Positions 22,325 through 37,924 are shown, counted from the first letter of the stretch. The stretch: DNA of 64,000 nt from Eledone cirrhosa (GCA_964016885.1 OZ024742.1:257672001-257736000); one strand, 5' to 3'. Translations and numbers: made by a program. The notes: generated by a model from the sequence alone, not told the origin.

Positions 22325-25300
22325 GTACCCTCCTCCAGACGCTAGGCGAAAAGCCCGAAGGTAACTGTAGCGAACCCACAAGCATGGGCTCCCAGCACAG
22401 GCAAGGATTATCAACGCAAGGGGTACATGTATGAAATCAGGCATGAAATGGTAAAGAAAAGGTACATAGTAATACAATAAAGAGGAAAACAACAAAGAAA
22501 TAAGGCTCCAATGGCCAGTTCACATGAAAACAGTTTGGCAGAGTTTTTTGGGCCAGTGGACTCTTCGACCGGAACGGGTCGTGGTCTTGTATGTAGGTGA
22601 AGGTGGGGTAGAAGGAGCAGGTGTATGCACAAGAGAGAAAGATTGGGGTATTTGTGTCTGGGGTGTATGAGCGTCATTGTATGCCCTTTTTAGTCTATCC
22701 ACCGAAATTGTCTCTCTGGACCCCTTAATGTCTACAATGAAATGTTTTTTCAGTACATGCTAACACACGGTAGGGTCCAGAGTACGGTTTTGTCAGAGGT
22801 GGTCTCACGGCATCGTTTCTTACGAACACATGTGTCCACGAGGCAATATCCCTCGGGACTGCAGCTTTAATAGTGTGTTTCCTAGTATTCATGGGCGGTA
22901 AGTCCTGAAAATAGGAGAGCAAACGAGATACGTAGGAAACAGGGTGCTGGAAAGCAAGATCAACAGGGGCAAGCATTTGCCTAGACAACGCTAGAGGAGC
23001 ACCATACAGTAATTCGACCGGGGAGAACCCAAGGTCCTCCTTTATTGATGACCGAATTCCTAACAACACAATAGGAAGGTACTCGCTCCAACTTTGAGAG
23101 TCTGGATAGGCGCGAAGGCCGGCCTTTAATTGGCGGTGGAATGGTTTCACCTTTCCGTTTGAAGCAGGATGATAGGCTGTGGTCCCAATCCGTTGAGCGC
23201 CAATGATCTTTGTGAGCTCAGAGAAAAGATGAGACTCAAATTGTCTACCACGGTCTGTGGTGACTGTAGTTGGTACCACAAAGCGAGTAATCCACCCTGA
23301 TACCAGGGCATGCGCTACAGTCTCGGCAGTTATATCTTGTAAGGGGATGGCTTCAGGCCATCGCGAAAAACGATCGATACAGGTCAAGAGGTACGAATAT
23401 CCACTGCTGAATTGCCAAAGTCCAATGATATCAATGTGTATGTGCTGAAACCGAGCATCAGGAGTACTGAAAGTACCAAGCGGAGTCCGGGTGTGTCTGT
23501 GGATTTTAGATCTCTGACACTGTGCGCAGGAACGGCACCTAACAGTAATTTCTCGCCTCATATTGGGCCAGAAAAGTCTAGCCGTTATAAGCTTTACTGT
23601 GGCAGAAATTCCTGTGTGAGAAATATTGTGCAAAGCAAGGAACACAATTCGACGGTGAGTCTCAGGAACAAGTGGTCGTGGTGAATCCGTAGATACATCA
23701 CATAGAATCTGCCTGTCGGTGGTCGACAAGGGCAGATATTTGAAGATGCAAGTCGCAAATACGGCAGAAAGAGTATCCAACGATTGGAGTGCAGGTTGGT
23801 CTGCAGCTAAACGACCTAAGTCGATTTACTGGGATGACGAGATGGAGCTGATTGGCAAACTTGACAATGCGTCTGCAGTAATGTTATGCGAGCCAGCAAT
23901 GTGCTGGATATCATTTGTAAATTGCGAAACGTAGTCCAGGTGCTTTGTCTCTCTGGGCGAATATCTCTCGGCTTTAGCCCTCAAAGCGAAGGTCAGAGGT
24001 TTGTGGTCGGTTAAAACAGTAAAATTTCTCCCCTCAAGAATATGAGAGAAAAGTTCCACCGACAGATATATGGCTAATAATTCCCGCCCTAACGTGCAGC
24101 AACGCGTTTCTGCTGGTTTCAGCTTCCTCGAGAAACATGCCAAAGGTGGTTGGTTTCCAGCATTGAACTGCTGTAAAACTGCTCCCACAGCGGTATCAAA
24201 TGCATCAAAACAAAGCGAAAGCTTGGGCTCTGGTACCAGGTGGGCTAGCAAAGATGAACTAGCGAATGCTGTCTTGGCAGTCTGGAAGTCTTGAAGCTGT
24301 CCTTGTTCAAGGAAATATCCTTATTCTTCTTACGACGATTTTTCAAAATGTCAGTAAGGGAAGATAGCAAATTAGCACAATGTGGAACGAAACGCCTATA
24401 GAAATTGATAAGGCCGAAGAAGTGACGCAACTGGTGAAGTGTAGTAGGCGGAGGTAAATCCTGTATGGCTTGAACTCGCTGAGGGAGCGGCCTAATACCT
24501 TCGGCGTCAATGCGGTGACCTAAAAAATTTAGCGAACTGGAACCGTAAACACACTTTACAGGATTCACACGAACGCGGTAATCCTGAAGTCACCGAAATA
24601 AGAGATGCATGTGCCGCATATGCTCTTCCGGAGAGGAACTAGCCACGAGAATATTGTCTACGTGAGCATAAACAAAGTCCAGACCACGAGTGACTTCGTC
24701 TTTGAACCACTGAAAAGTGCTAGCGGCGTTCCTGAGTCCGAAAGGCATGGTAAAAAATTCGAAGGATCCGAAAGGAGTTGTAATCGCCGTTTTCGGAATT
24801 TCCTCCTTCCTGACCGGAAGTTGGTGGTAGGCTCGCACTAAATCTAGTTTTGAGAAAATCTTACACCCCTGCAATGAAGATGCGAAATCGTGGAGATGGG
24901 GAATGGGATACCTATCCGAGACGTTCATAGTATTTAACCTCCTATTATCCCCAGTGGGTCTCCAGTCGCCGGAAGTCTTGGGCACCATGTGTAACGGTGA
25001 AGCCCAAGGACTCGTAGATGGGTGAATAATGTCCAGCTGAAAAATATGGTCGAACTCGGACCGTGCTGCCTTTAATTTGTCCGCTGGTAAGCGGTGTGGA
25101 CGTGGGCGTCAGTTGTAGAGATAAAATGCTCCGTTGTGTGAGTCGGTTCGACAACTCGAGAATTTCCCTGAGTAAGCTGTGGGAAAGAATTCAACAATGC
25201 ATGATACGGATTCCCAGCATTAGCGATGAAAAAGTTCGGGCTAACCGTTGGAAAATTAGCTTTCTGCCCACGAATTGAAAAACCCGTGATGTCATCCAAC

Positions 25301-26980
25301 AGGCGTTGGCCACGGACGTCCACAGTCAAAGAGAAGTTGTGGAGGAAGTCCACTCCTAAGATAGGGTATGGCAAATCGGCAACCGTAAAAATCCCTACGA
25401 AGATTTAGGAATTTGAGAGGATAGAGATTTGCCCGTACGTCTTTATAGACGAGTGATCAACTGCCTGCAGAGTAACGGTTAACTCTTCGGGGGTATCTTT
25501 CAGGCCATGGACCGGCCAAATACTACAGGAGGCTCCTGTATCCACGAGGAAACCTCTTCCCGACATGAGGTCCTTAATGAAGAAAATGGCGGTTTTGTGG
25601 CTTTATGTTGAGGTCAGCTGCACCCGTCAGCATCCTCGCTGGCGTTTCCCGCCTTATGAAACGAGCAAGATTGCACGCAGTGGTTCGCGCTCTCGGCAAA
25701 TCGCTCATGGTACCAGCATAAAGATGAAGCTGGTGACTTGGAACGACGTCTAAAGTTTGAGATCTTCCGCGGCTGCGGGGGCACGAACGGGCACCACACC
25801 AGACCTTCATCTTCTGGAACTCCAGGGTGAGTTCCTGAATGGCCTTCTGCATCGCTATAATAGCTGAGCTCTCTATAGGAGCTGCCGCGGAGATGGCATG
25901 GCCAGTAGTGGCCTGAGCTGGTTGGAAAATAGCGGCGAGGGCGTCGCTGCCTCAAGCACCCGTAACTTAGAAAACTTTGTCCGCAGTTGCGGCAAGCTGA
26001 TCCACAGTGCAAGTAACCCTAATGGGGGCCAAAATTGCCTGTACTTTGATTGGTAGGCGCGAGAAGAACAACTGCTTCAGCATGGGGGTTTCCGCTCTCG
26101 ACCCCACCGTTAGGTCCTTCATTCGCATTAAGTGGTTCGATAGGGTGCCTTCACCGATATGCTCCAGATGGACCAGAGCCCTAAATCTGTTTTAAGTCGA
26201 CTGTGCAGTCCGGCTGAGTATTTCAGCCTTCAGATACTTGTACGTCGCGTCGGTGTGTGTCTCTAACACCAGGTCCTTAATCACTGGGATAAGTGCCGGC
26301 GGAATTGCACTAAGGACCAGAGGACGTTCTTGTGCCTCGCCAATTCTGTTCGCCTCGAAAAATGCTTCGAGTTGGGCGAACCATAACCTTATGTCACCCG
26401 TGTATTTAGGTAGAACAGAATGAGATGCCATTGGTATACCGTAGGTAATTTGCCGAAAAATAATAAAAGAAAATCGTCTCCGTTTGGAAAAATGTCTCTA
26501 ACACAACAGAAAATGAAAAGAAAGTCGCTTATTTTTCTCTGTCAAACAACTGGATAGGAAAAATAATGCATCAGAGACAATATGCAAAGGAGCGACTAAT
26601 CGAGCGATGTCATTAATAAGGTATAGGCAGGGAATTTAAAACTAAAACCAACATGATGGACTATTTCGCGCCAAAAACATTGTTGATGGAGAAGAAAGCT
26701 GCCATCTTGTCATCCTCAACATTTTTAGCCAGAGAAAAGGAGAAAAAAAAAGAAAAAAACATTCGTACAATTGCTGTTTGTTTGTGTGTAAATAACTTTG
26801 GGTGTTCGTTTTGCACATATGAAGAGTTTGATGTTAAGTGTTATAGAGAAATATGTTTAGCTCGGTCAATACCAGAATCAAGTGTGTTGTTCTGTATTAA
26901 ATGTTTTTTTCTCTCTCTTTTTTTTATATACACGTGGTACCCTTTCTCATTTTTTTTTTCTGAAACACCAGGTCACCAAT

Positions 26981-27486
26981 TTAGGAAATTAATATCAGTG
27001 TATATAAATATTATCAAGAATGACAATAAATGCAGGTGAGAGTTGTTACATGGTTTTACTTCACAGAAGTCAAATAAATTGTTATGAAGAATTGTTACCA
27101 CATGTTGATGTTCAGGTCGTCACAAATTCCAGACTGGAGTGTGTGGAGGAGAACAGAAAATCTTATCTTGGTACGGTTCAAGTGTTTCTTTAGGCTGCCG
27201 GTGTTCTTCTTCTTTGGTGCGAAGGAAGTGAAACAGGAGTCATCTCTTGACAAGGTCTCAGGTGTTCTTGTCCCTTCGATGTTCAGGAGTAGAGTGTGTC
27301 TTATGCCTTGATTGTTCTCGGGTATATAGTCCCCAGGGGGACGCAACTCCGTTTAGTACATGAATCTGCCGCTGGGAGTCGCGCCTGTCGCAATGGGACG
27401 TAACTACTATACGTGCTGAGTTACGACCGTCGTAAAGGGACGCAACTCCTATACGTGCTGAGTCACAGCCGTAAGGGGCCTCTACA
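26981..27486 (-). repeat. Gypsy 5' LTR
   Basis: Runs from TGTAG (27486) to the PBS (26978). Shares 139 bp with the left LTR remnant. Confidence 0.8.
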
Positions 27487-27937
27487 ACATGGAAGTATAT
27501 ATATATGCTCATGGATGCAAATGATATTCATTTACGTTCAGTACCCGATGCTTTTAATTCTGTGTACTGGCAGTAGATATATAGACCATCTATTTGCCTT
27601 TTTATAGGTTTCATTCTGCTTCGAGTTCAGGCCCATACTTTCGGATCCGCACGGTGGGCGGTGTGGCATGAACATCTTGGAATTTGAATTGTCATTGACC
27701 TTTCATTTGCTGAGTAACGTATGAGCTGATTAAGCAGAGCAGTTGCCGGTCCAGCAAAAATTAAAAATTAGTAACAGTACTCTGAAATAGCGATGTATGT
27801 ATGAATGTATGTATAGTATATTTGATAATATGCTGTATGTTTATTTGCTGGACCGGCAACTACTCTGCTTAATCAGCTCTTAAACATCACTGGAATTCTA
27901 TAAGACTCCAACTTCGATAAGTCTCGGCAGAAGCTTA

Positions 27938-27994
27938 GGGATAAGCAATATTGATAACCGTTAACAAACCAGAAACAGCTGTCGGTTGCTTCCC
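27938..27994 (+). ncRNA. Degenerate type I hammerhead motif (U3-A8 core)
   Basis: GGGATAAGCAATA-TTGATAA-CCGTTAACAAACCA-GAAA-CAGCTG-TC^GGTTGCTTCCC. Stem I pairs and stem III is palindromic, but stem II is only partly paired. Confidence 0.5.
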
Positions 27995-28139
27995 ATTCAT
28001 TTTGCCGAGACAAAGTAAGTGACATAGTCACTACTTTAAAGCTCATAGCGAATGGTCTCAAAATGTTTTTAAATAAACACACAGTATATTATCATATATA
28101 CTAGACATACATTCATATATATATATTATATATATAGAT

Positions 28140-28281
<142 letters not shown>

Positions 28282-28463
28282 ATCTCTCTATATATAATAT
28301 ATATATATATGAATGTATGTATAGTATATTTGATAATATAATGTATGTCTATTTTAAAACATTTTGAAGACCATTCGCTATGAGTTTTAAAGTAGTGACT
28401 ATGTCACTTACTTTGTCTCGGCAAAATTAAAGGGAAGCAACCGACAGCTGTTTCTCTTTCTTT

Positions 28464-28509
<46 letters not shown>

Positions 28510-29111
28510 AGAGAGAGAGAGAGTGAGAGGGAGAGAGAGACAGATAGATAGACAGATATATATATATATGTATGAAGCTACGTTTAGTAACTTTAAAACA
28601 TATTGACGCCGGTGTATATTTAACGTTAAGGTTATTTGATTTATTCGCGTTTTTCTTTCGCTGCATATTTCCCATTCGCAATCTCTTAGTCTATCTCTAT
28701 CTCTCTTTCTGTCTCTTCTTCACCCTATCTTTCGCTTTCCCTGATTTTATTCACCTACAATATCGATAAATCAATATTACCCAGAATGCAGTTACTTCTC
28801 AATATATACCACTGCATGATATCATTTTTATCCCAATATCAGCTCAACATTATTTGTTCTCCTATTTCATTTATGTAGCGTGTTTCATTTTCTAATCTCT
28901 ATTCATCAAATAGATTCACGCTTTCACACACCACATAAACACTCACATCTACCTTAGCCATTAATCTGCATAAATATACATTTATTCTCACTTATATACA
29001 CATACATACGTATATACATACATTCAGGCATACAAACATACCTTATATATATAAGTGTATGCGTGTGTCTCTTTGTGGGTTACATATCTATCAATCAATC
29101 TATCTATCTCT

Positions 29112-29233
<122 letters not shown>

Positions 29234-29585
29234 TTATACGCATGTATATATATAAGTAGAGAGAGAGAGTGTAGTGGTAGATGGATAGATAAATAGATAC
29301 ATATGCATATGCACGGAAACAATCAACACAACGATGGTTGCATACATGTATTTGAACAGTGTTTGGGGATTTGTTCATGGAATTTGTATACCTACATATC
29401 ACACATATGAGAGTCTATATAAATATTTATGAAGGTTTTGATCTGCATACAGGCAGAAGAAATCTGATATGTGAAAAACACACATATATAATGCAGAAGA
29501 ACTGGTACTGAATTCATAAATGCCTTCTGTAGAGGAAAATGAATGTAAGTTAGGCTTTCTATTCAATAAATAGAAACATGACTTC

Positions 29586-29736
<151 letters not shown>

Positions 29737-29981
29737 TATATACATAATGCAGTGTGATCAAGATAGCTACGTTTGAAACAGTTTAAAGATTATTCTCTAT
29801 TGAAATGCTATCATAAATTAAAGCAGTATGGTATATTAATTCCAAAGACTCCTATTCATAGTTCGATAGATGGAACTCCTTCCTTCGCACCAATAAATTT
29901 CTGAAAACGCGTGATATATTATATACCCCTACACGCAAATATAAATGAATATATAGACGTATACACACACTTACATTCGTC

Positions 29982-30028
<47 letters not shown>

Positions 30029-30044
30029 CTGTCTGTTTGTTTCC

Positions 30045-30087
<43 letters not shown>

Positions 30088-30457
30088 AAGGTTAAACAAT
30101 ATATATATATATATATATATTTATATGTGTGTGTGTGTGTTTGTTTGTGCGCGTGTGTGTGTATGTGTATGGGTCGGTTTACATCTGTGTGTGTATATAT
30201 GTATATGTGTGCGTGAATTCCTTTTATTCATCATATTTTTTTAGTCTCTCACCTATTTGTTTATCTATATCCTTCCGATTCCGATGTTACGATTAATTCT
30301 TCGCCTCGTACTTTTGAATTATACATGACCCGATCGTGTTCTGTATGCTTTGCAGACTCTCCCTCTATATCTATCTCTCTGTATCACCCTCCGCACTATT
30401 TAAGTGTGTACATATATACATATATACACTATGCATACGCATCGCCCCCATATATGT

Positions 30458-30603
<146 letters not shown>

Positions 30604-30610
30604 ACACGCA

Positions 30611-30648
<38 letters not shown>

Positions 30649-30668
30649 CACACACACACACACACATA

Positions 30669-30736
<68 letters not shown>

Positions 30737-31284
30737 CATACATATACACATACATATATACATATATCACCTTTAGTGACCTGATAATCTGTTCATGGAT
30801 CGCATTCGCGATATGAAATGATTATCACCTTGCAGTTTTTTATCGTTATGTTGTTTCCATCTAGCCATCGTAATGTCTAGGATTTTGAACTGTTGAGTGC
30901 ATACACATGCAAATATAATCTAATACAATTCGTGCATATATCAATGTGTGTTTCTCTTGGTCATATATTTAAACATTATGCATCGATATATACATGGACA
31001 TAACACTGTTTTATATTTTATGTTTCATGTTACAAGTATGTTAGCTCATCTCCAGACACCTATGGTATGATTCCGTAGACAACGGAATATAATGAATCAT
31101 AGTCAGTGGCATTTGTGAAATATTTTAAAGAAATTGATTCTGACAGGTGTGGCCCTCATACAACCTGCAAATACGATTAAGTAACGAAATAGTAGAGGCG
31201 GAAATTGTGAAAAATATGAACATATTTGCTATAAGAAACATACTATGACAGCATAAATTGATAGATATGTAGAAAGGTGGGGAA

Positions 31285-32522
31285 GTAGGAAGATACTTAG
31301 GAAGGTATTATTTTGGCAGTAATTACAGCTTGAATTCTACGAGGTATGGGCTCGTACAAGGTTTGAATTGTTTCCAAAGGTTTTTTTGTCAATTCTTCAG
31401 CTAAAACAGTCTCCAGTTCTTGTAGTGATGATGGTGGATGATATCGACTCCTTACTTGTTTTTCAAAAATGCACCATAAATGTTCAATAATATTGAGATC
31501 TGGGGACTGTGGTGGCCAGATAAGATGTTCAACTTCACTAGAATGTTCCTCGTGTCATTCAGTAACAACTTTAGCTGTGTGAATTGGTGCATTATCATCC
31601 TGAACGATTGCGTTTCCCTCCGGAAACAGTTCCACAACCATAGGAAGAATTTGATCAGATAAAATGCTTAAATCGTCTTGACTATTAATTCTGCCATGAA
31701 GAGAAACCATTGGGCTGGCGGATTTCCAAGATATAGCCCTCTAGATCATCAAAGATCCTGCGCCATGTTTAACAGTTAGAAGGCAGTCTGGGTCAAATGC
31801 TTCTTTCGGCTGACTCTACACGTATACTCGGCTGGTGGTCGGATATTATGTAAAGGGTGACTCGTCCGAGAAAATAACATTTTTCCACTGTTCTAGGGAC
31901 CAATTCTATAGGTTTTACGCCACTCTAACCGCTTTGCAACGTTTGTTTTTGAAAGTAGTGGTTTTCTTATTGCAATTGCTTCCGTGAAATCTGGCTTTGT
32001 GCAGCTCCCTGCGAACAGTTTTGTGGAAACTGGGTTCTCGAGGTGGTCTGCAGTAATTTTGGGAGCTATACTTTTGTGATCCTTTCTAACAATTTGCGTA
32101 AGCGTCCGACGGTCCCTATCTAAAACTTTGGTTTTCTTCCGGAGTTTTGTTTCGATGAGGAGGTTTTCCCTCTTTCTCAAAGGCTGTCATTACTTTCGAG
32201 ACAGTACTTCTTGATACACCAAACATTTCGGCTGTTTTCGTTATGCTAGCGCCTGCCATACGAGCACCAACAATTTGACCTCTTTGAAAGTCCGATAGAT
32301 CTGTCATTTTAATGAATTTTAAATACCTTTTTCTGGTGATATCTGAAAAGAAACAGCAATTTTCACAAAACATATTAAACAACACTAATAATAAATCAAG
32401 AAACATAAAAATAAACAAGTTTTTGACGGTTTTATAGATATTTCAAAATTATGATGCTAGGTGTTTTATAGATATTTCAAAATTATGATGCTAGGTGTTT
32501 CCATTATTTTCTCCAACCCCTG
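31285..32522 (-). mobile_element. Tc1/mariner DNA transposon (DD34E type), frameshifted, one TIR visible
   Basis: N-terminus MTDLSDFQRGQIVGARMAGASITKTAEMFGVSRSTVSKV, then IFSDES, QDDNAPIH and SPDLNIIEHLW. Terminus TA|CAGGGGTTGGAGAAAATAATGGAAACACC at 32522. The left TIR was not found. Confidence 0.85.
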
Positions 32523-32747
32523 TATGTATATATATATATATATATATATAAAGAAAGAGACAGACGGACGGCAAGACAGTGAGACAGAGAAACTGAGAAT
32601 CTGCGGTGGCGAAACCATGAAGAACACTAATCATGGGAGTACTCAATACAATGGGAGTTACTGAGAGCATATAGAGTTATGTAAAACCCCACGATGGCGC
32701 CAAATTCATGATTTATGATATATATACCTATCCATCTTTATATTTAT

Positions 32748-32817
<70 letters not shown>

Positions 32818-32845
32818 GTGGTTACACAACATTTAGTTCCCCATA

Positions 32846-32885
32846 CCAAGAACAATTGTTTCACCTTCGCGGATCCTCAGCTCGG
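32846..32885 (-). ncRNA. Minimal type I hammerhead ribozyme motif
   Basis: Minus strand CCGAG-CTGAGGA-TCCGCGAAGGT-GAAA-CAATTG-TT^CTTGG. Confidence 0.7.
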
Positions 32886-33259
32886 GATGTGTATGCTTAT
32901 AGGAACAGGAAGGACAACTGTACGAACCCGCATGCGCAGAAAATCGGTCACTTCACACAGGCAATACTAGACTGCGTGCGGGAGGTGTAAGGGATATAAC
33001 TGCGAAAGTCCGGAAAGTTTTTAGGTTGAAAATAAAATAAAAAAAGTATTGCATAACTACAAGGCTCCGGACTGATTCTTTGTAATTTTATGTTTAATTT
33101 TTATTTATTTTATTTTCAACCTAAAACCTTTCCGGACTTTCGCAGTTATCTCCCTTTCAACTCCCGCACGCAGTCTAGTATTGCCTGTATGAAGTGACCG
33201 AGTTTCTGCGAATGCGCGTTCGTACGGTTGTCCTTCCTGTTCCTATAAACACACACATC

Positions 33260-33299
33260 CCGAGCTGAAAATCCGCTAAGGTGAAACAATTGTTCTCGG
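33260..33299 (+). ncRNA. Minimal type I hammerhead motif (core decayed to CTGAAAA)
   Basis: CCGAG-CTGAAAA-TCCGCTAAGGT-GAAA-CAATTG-TT^CTCGG. Stem I is perfect. Confidence 0.55.
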
Positions 33300-33393
33300 T
33301 ATGGTGAACTAACTGTTGTGTAACCACTTCTACCTAACTCGTCCCTTGGACTGAGTGCTCTAACACTACGGATATTGCCTTCCATTGTTCCAC

Positions 33394-33430
<37 letters not shown>

Positions 33431-33584
33431 GTAAATGATGTGTTGGCTATACAACTGTATAAATCATTCAAATATTTAATGCTGTAATGTAACTTTGTCC
33501 ACATCCAGTTTGGCGAAAGACAGTTCAGAGTTAAATCCATCTCATAGATTTCCAGTTATCGAAGATTTGCAAAATTACGGAGCA

Positions 33585-33745
<161 letters not shown>

Positions 33746-34082
33746 AAATGTGTGAGGTCCTTGGTACAGTTAGGTATATTTGAAAAAAAGGAAAATAATT
33801 GCTTCACTCGTATTGTTAAAAAAAATGTTATTTTATTTTATAATATTAAAATATTTTGAGTTGGTAGATCTAGTAAGTTCTTTGTTAACTTCAGTGGGAA
33901 GAATTTTAAAGATTCCTGGTTAACTTTGGTTGGAGAACTTTCTCGCATTCGACTGTGGCGATTGTCAAACTGAGATCAGGTTCTGTTGAAATGCGTGACT
34001 ATATATATAAGAGAGATTTATATGTGTCTGGGGTATGTGGTGTGGTAATGAGTGTTGATGATGATGAAGATTTGGAGGAATT

Positions 34083-34160
<78 letters not shown>

Positions 34161-36099
34161 ACACACCCACACACCCACACACACCCACACAGACACGCAC
34201 ACACATATATATAGACTCAGAAAATGGTGAGGTTGCAAGATAAGGGTGTTTGAGAAGGTGGTTGTAAACATCCTCTCCTGCTGGATTTATTTCATTAGCA
34301 GACCTTTGATGAGTATATAATGGCATAGCTGAATCATCTCTCTCAATTAAAATACTGAAATATTAGGCTCAGTGGAAATAGATATTCTAATAATTAATCG
34401 TTGTTAATTGTTCAATAAATCTGGGAAAATTCACCTGAAGACAAAATAAAATTTAAACCACGCAATTCTCGTACGCCACCCACATGGGAATGTGGAACGT
34501 TTATCCACATAGACCATCATTTTATGGGCAGACAGTTTTGTTGATCAAACACTCATCGGTGAAATCAACAGTGGTCCATTCCATTGATAGATACATATTT
34601 AACTTCAGACTTGAGCATCACAACAGTTTACATTAAATCTATTCACTAAATTCAATTTCGTAATATCTCAACTTCAATCGATATTTTTAAGATGCATGAT
34701 CCTAAATCCTCTATGAGAAACTCAAGACAGTGTGTAATAGCTGATGGAGAAATCTCGTTATGACCTAACTTGTATCTCAAATTCCTTATGTGCTGATTTG
34801 TTATTGAAGGGCTGATTGCAGCGTGCAATATACATACATATATATATACATATATATATTATTACTCGACCTGGGCAGACGCACATTGTCTGGGAGATTA
34901 TCTACTAAAAGTAAGATTAATACTATCTCAAACACTAATGTCACACCTAACAACGATGATAAATAGCTGGATACTCGTCTCATTATATTCACTGAAGTCA
35001 GCCATTATTAGAAATCGTCTAAATATTGAATACACTTTACAAGGGTTTGCTACAAACAACATAGCTCGGCACAATAATATCAATGGCACAGAATCAACCG
35101 ATTATATTCCTAGAAAATGGAAAAAAAAGTTCCCACTGTTGGCTATAAGAACAGAATGGGAGAGACTTCAACCAGGACTAAATTATTTCGCAGACTAAAT
35201 TATCAACCAGGACTAAGTAAAAGTAATATAAATAATATTTACAACAATAATGAAAGTGTGAAGCGCTTACAAATAACAACACAAAGTAAGCAGACTGATC
35301 GATAGGACATCTAATTAGCACGTGTCACAACAGGCTGCTATGCTAGGTTTTGCCATTGCAAGTCCGTGTATCAAAAGCAAACAGCAACATTACACAAACA
35401 GTCCCTTAAACAGCCATACAGACGACAAATTTGACACTATATCGCACAATAGAGTATACCTAACACGCTAACCACCAACATCAAAATACCGTCAATCATT
35501 ATAAGTCTTCAAGTAACTGGGGAAGTGAAGAGTATTTAGAATTAAAATATATCCTAAGTGAAATATTTCACCCAGAGATTAATCTGTTCATGAATCTTTT
35601 TTCTCGAAAAACTACTTATATTGACAAGAAGCCAAAGAAAAAAAAAATGAAATGCTGCGTGGTATTGGGGAAATTGTAGGTAAATATTTACTACAAATCA
35701 AATCCCCTACATGTTGGCAAGTTAACGTTTATATATATACCGTAGCAATGGCAGTGAAGCATGTTGTTGGTGATAATAGTGATGCTAACATCATAAAACA
35801 TGCCATTGATATTTAAAGTAAAAGATAAACGCTGAACTCCGAATACTAAAGGCATGTGACAATGTTTTTCACATGTAAACAAAACAGGGAAACTACATTG
35901 CGTACAAATAAAGAGTGAAAAATTAGGTTTGGAGAAAAATTAGGTTTGGAGACAGTACATGCAGAAATCTTCAATGCAAGTTGATCACTCTCAAACAAGA
36001 ATCGATAGCTGTCATTTAGATATTCTGTATCGGAAGAGAGGATGGAAGGTGAAAGATTAAGCAATCAGCCTAAAGCACATATCAATCTATAGAGATATT

Positions 36100-37010
36100 A
36101 GGTGAAAATGAATGTAAGATATTGAGGCCTGATCCCAGAAAGAAACAAATTATTTCTGGAGAAATATATGATGTGAGGAAAAAATCAACCAAAATGCTAT
36201 GTGGCTGAAGGAGAACTGAACGAACTATTACTCCTGCATTACAGCACACATATGTGGCATCAATGATAATGCACTTGCGATTATGAAAGGAAAAGTTCAG
36301 GATATGTAAGAGTCAGGAATAAATTTGTCTGTCGGCTACAAGAACAAGGACTGATATTTTATAGGATGCGTCTTATCAAATTCTACTAGCAAGCACCCAA
36401 ATTAGATGTATATACACCAACCTAGTTGACTTTAAAAGAAACAATATAGGTCCACCAAAATAAGGAGTCCACTTGGCTATACAATAATGTATATAGTGTA
36501 TACAGTCTATTTGAACCTATTCCTCCAGGAACACAATAACAATAGCAATATCATCACAGATGAGCAAGTACATGGGACGAAAGCTGTTTAGGCGCTCCTG
36601 GTAACACTTAAATTAACAAAACCACCATGTTAGGGGTGCGGCAACATAGCAAGAAATTTGTAACAAACTGGGTGTACTACAGGAAGGCGTGAGTTTAGGT
36701 AACCAGCCTCTAAGATGCTAGAGACGGTTCAGCTTGTTAAAGTCCCAGTTACCATTACCAGAGACTAAGGCGAATATCCTGAAATTAATTGCACAGGAGG
36801 AATTTACTATCAAAAATGAAATAAAAAATCGCAAGAGCATATTTCAAGGAGATCGTCTCTCCTTGGGACTTTCTATTCTGTGCGCAAAAACCTTGTTCTT
36901 TATGCTGAGGAAATATCATTTTGGTTGATTTTTTCCACACCACATATATTCCTGTACACAGGAAGCGGGAAACACAAAACTTACACAGTTTCGTTGTAGA
37001 TCATCTTAAA
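36100..37010 (+). pseudogene. Highly decayed R4/Dong-like RT fragment
   Basis: ORF 36734-36928 contains IKNRKSIFQGDRLS, similar to Dong IFQGDSLSP. Boundaries are uncertain. Confidence 0.4.
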
Positions 37011-37882
37011 ATAAACTTTATTAAGACAAATACTTGACCAGGTTACGGTATTCTCAAGAGGTATATGTTTTTGTGTGTGCGTGTTTTTCTTATGTGTGTG
37101 CCGATCTCCGTTTTTGTGTTTGTCTTCCCTTTAAGTTCTTCTCCCACTTTTTTCTGTTAAATTTATTGGGACAGTGTCCACAAACCCTCCTTTCAACGCG
37201 TCTAGTAGGAAGAAACATTGTCCAATTGATCCAGCTAGATCCCGAAGGAAAACCATCTGAGATCACGGATGCACTCCAACCATATTCCTCGCGGTATACC
37301 ACTGGGTGTCTTACCGGTTAGTTTTGCCCTTAAAATATATCCAGCGATCTTTTCTTAGATATTCTAGTCATATGCTACGTACTCTATCGAGTTGAGTTAC
37401 TCTAAAGACCATTTGGAGAAACCCCATTTCGGCCGCTTATATTCGCGATCGTATTCTTCCGTATTCACGAACGTAGTTAAGGGTTGGCATGGAGGAAATT
37501 AAGTATAGAGAGTTTGGCGTTTATATCTACCTCATCTTTTCGATTACCGAATGGAGAAAATGGTGCATTACTGCACCAGCTCCTGCAATTATTGCACTTA
37601 ATTGAGCTTCTTACCTTCCGTCACAAGGCAACACGGTTCCTGCTGCAGTGGAACTCAATCCACATGTAAAGTGCACAATGCAGGCCTCTGTTAGAAGACA
37701 AATCTCTCAGTCTTCGCAGCACTGGTATTTATTCCGTCCATGCAGCAGACGTCATCAACATTTTGCACCCTTCCGAACCCGTTTGGAGGTCTCAGGGTAC
37801 GCAATGTTTATGCAGTTATCGAAACACACAACACACACACACACAAAAAAAAATATATATAAATATATATAACATATATATT

Positions 37883-37924
<42 letters not shown>

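Larger units (their letters stand above)
22186..27486 (-). mobile_element. Ty3/Gypsy LTR retrotransposon, degenerate
   Basis: Minus-strand order: gag (IRLWFAQLEAFF, 26192-26431), protease (FLVDTGAS, ~25530), RT ([25 protein letters not shown], 24590-24988), RNase H (TDHKPL, ADALS, 23826-24251), integrase ([26 protein letters not shown], 22725-23780). PBS TGGTGACC at 26971-26978. PPT GGAGGAGGGTAC next to the 3' LTR. Confidence 0.92.
32814..33396 (+). mobile_element. Non-autonomous HHR-bearing fold-back element (family C) in (TA)n
   Basis: Arms ~32814-33040 and ~33105-33332 are inverted copies. A 64-nt tail follows the right arm. (TA)n on both sides. Confidence 0.8.

Noticed and set aside
32430-32495. 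~33-bp tandem duplication near the Tc1 end, and a 16-17-bp triple repeat at ~38748-38795
   Set aside because: Ordinary slippage duplications with no further structure.
33750-34800. Possible very old Tc1/mariner remnant on the minus strand (TVDFTDE-like motif)
   Set aside because: Only one or two weak motifs and no TIRs found.
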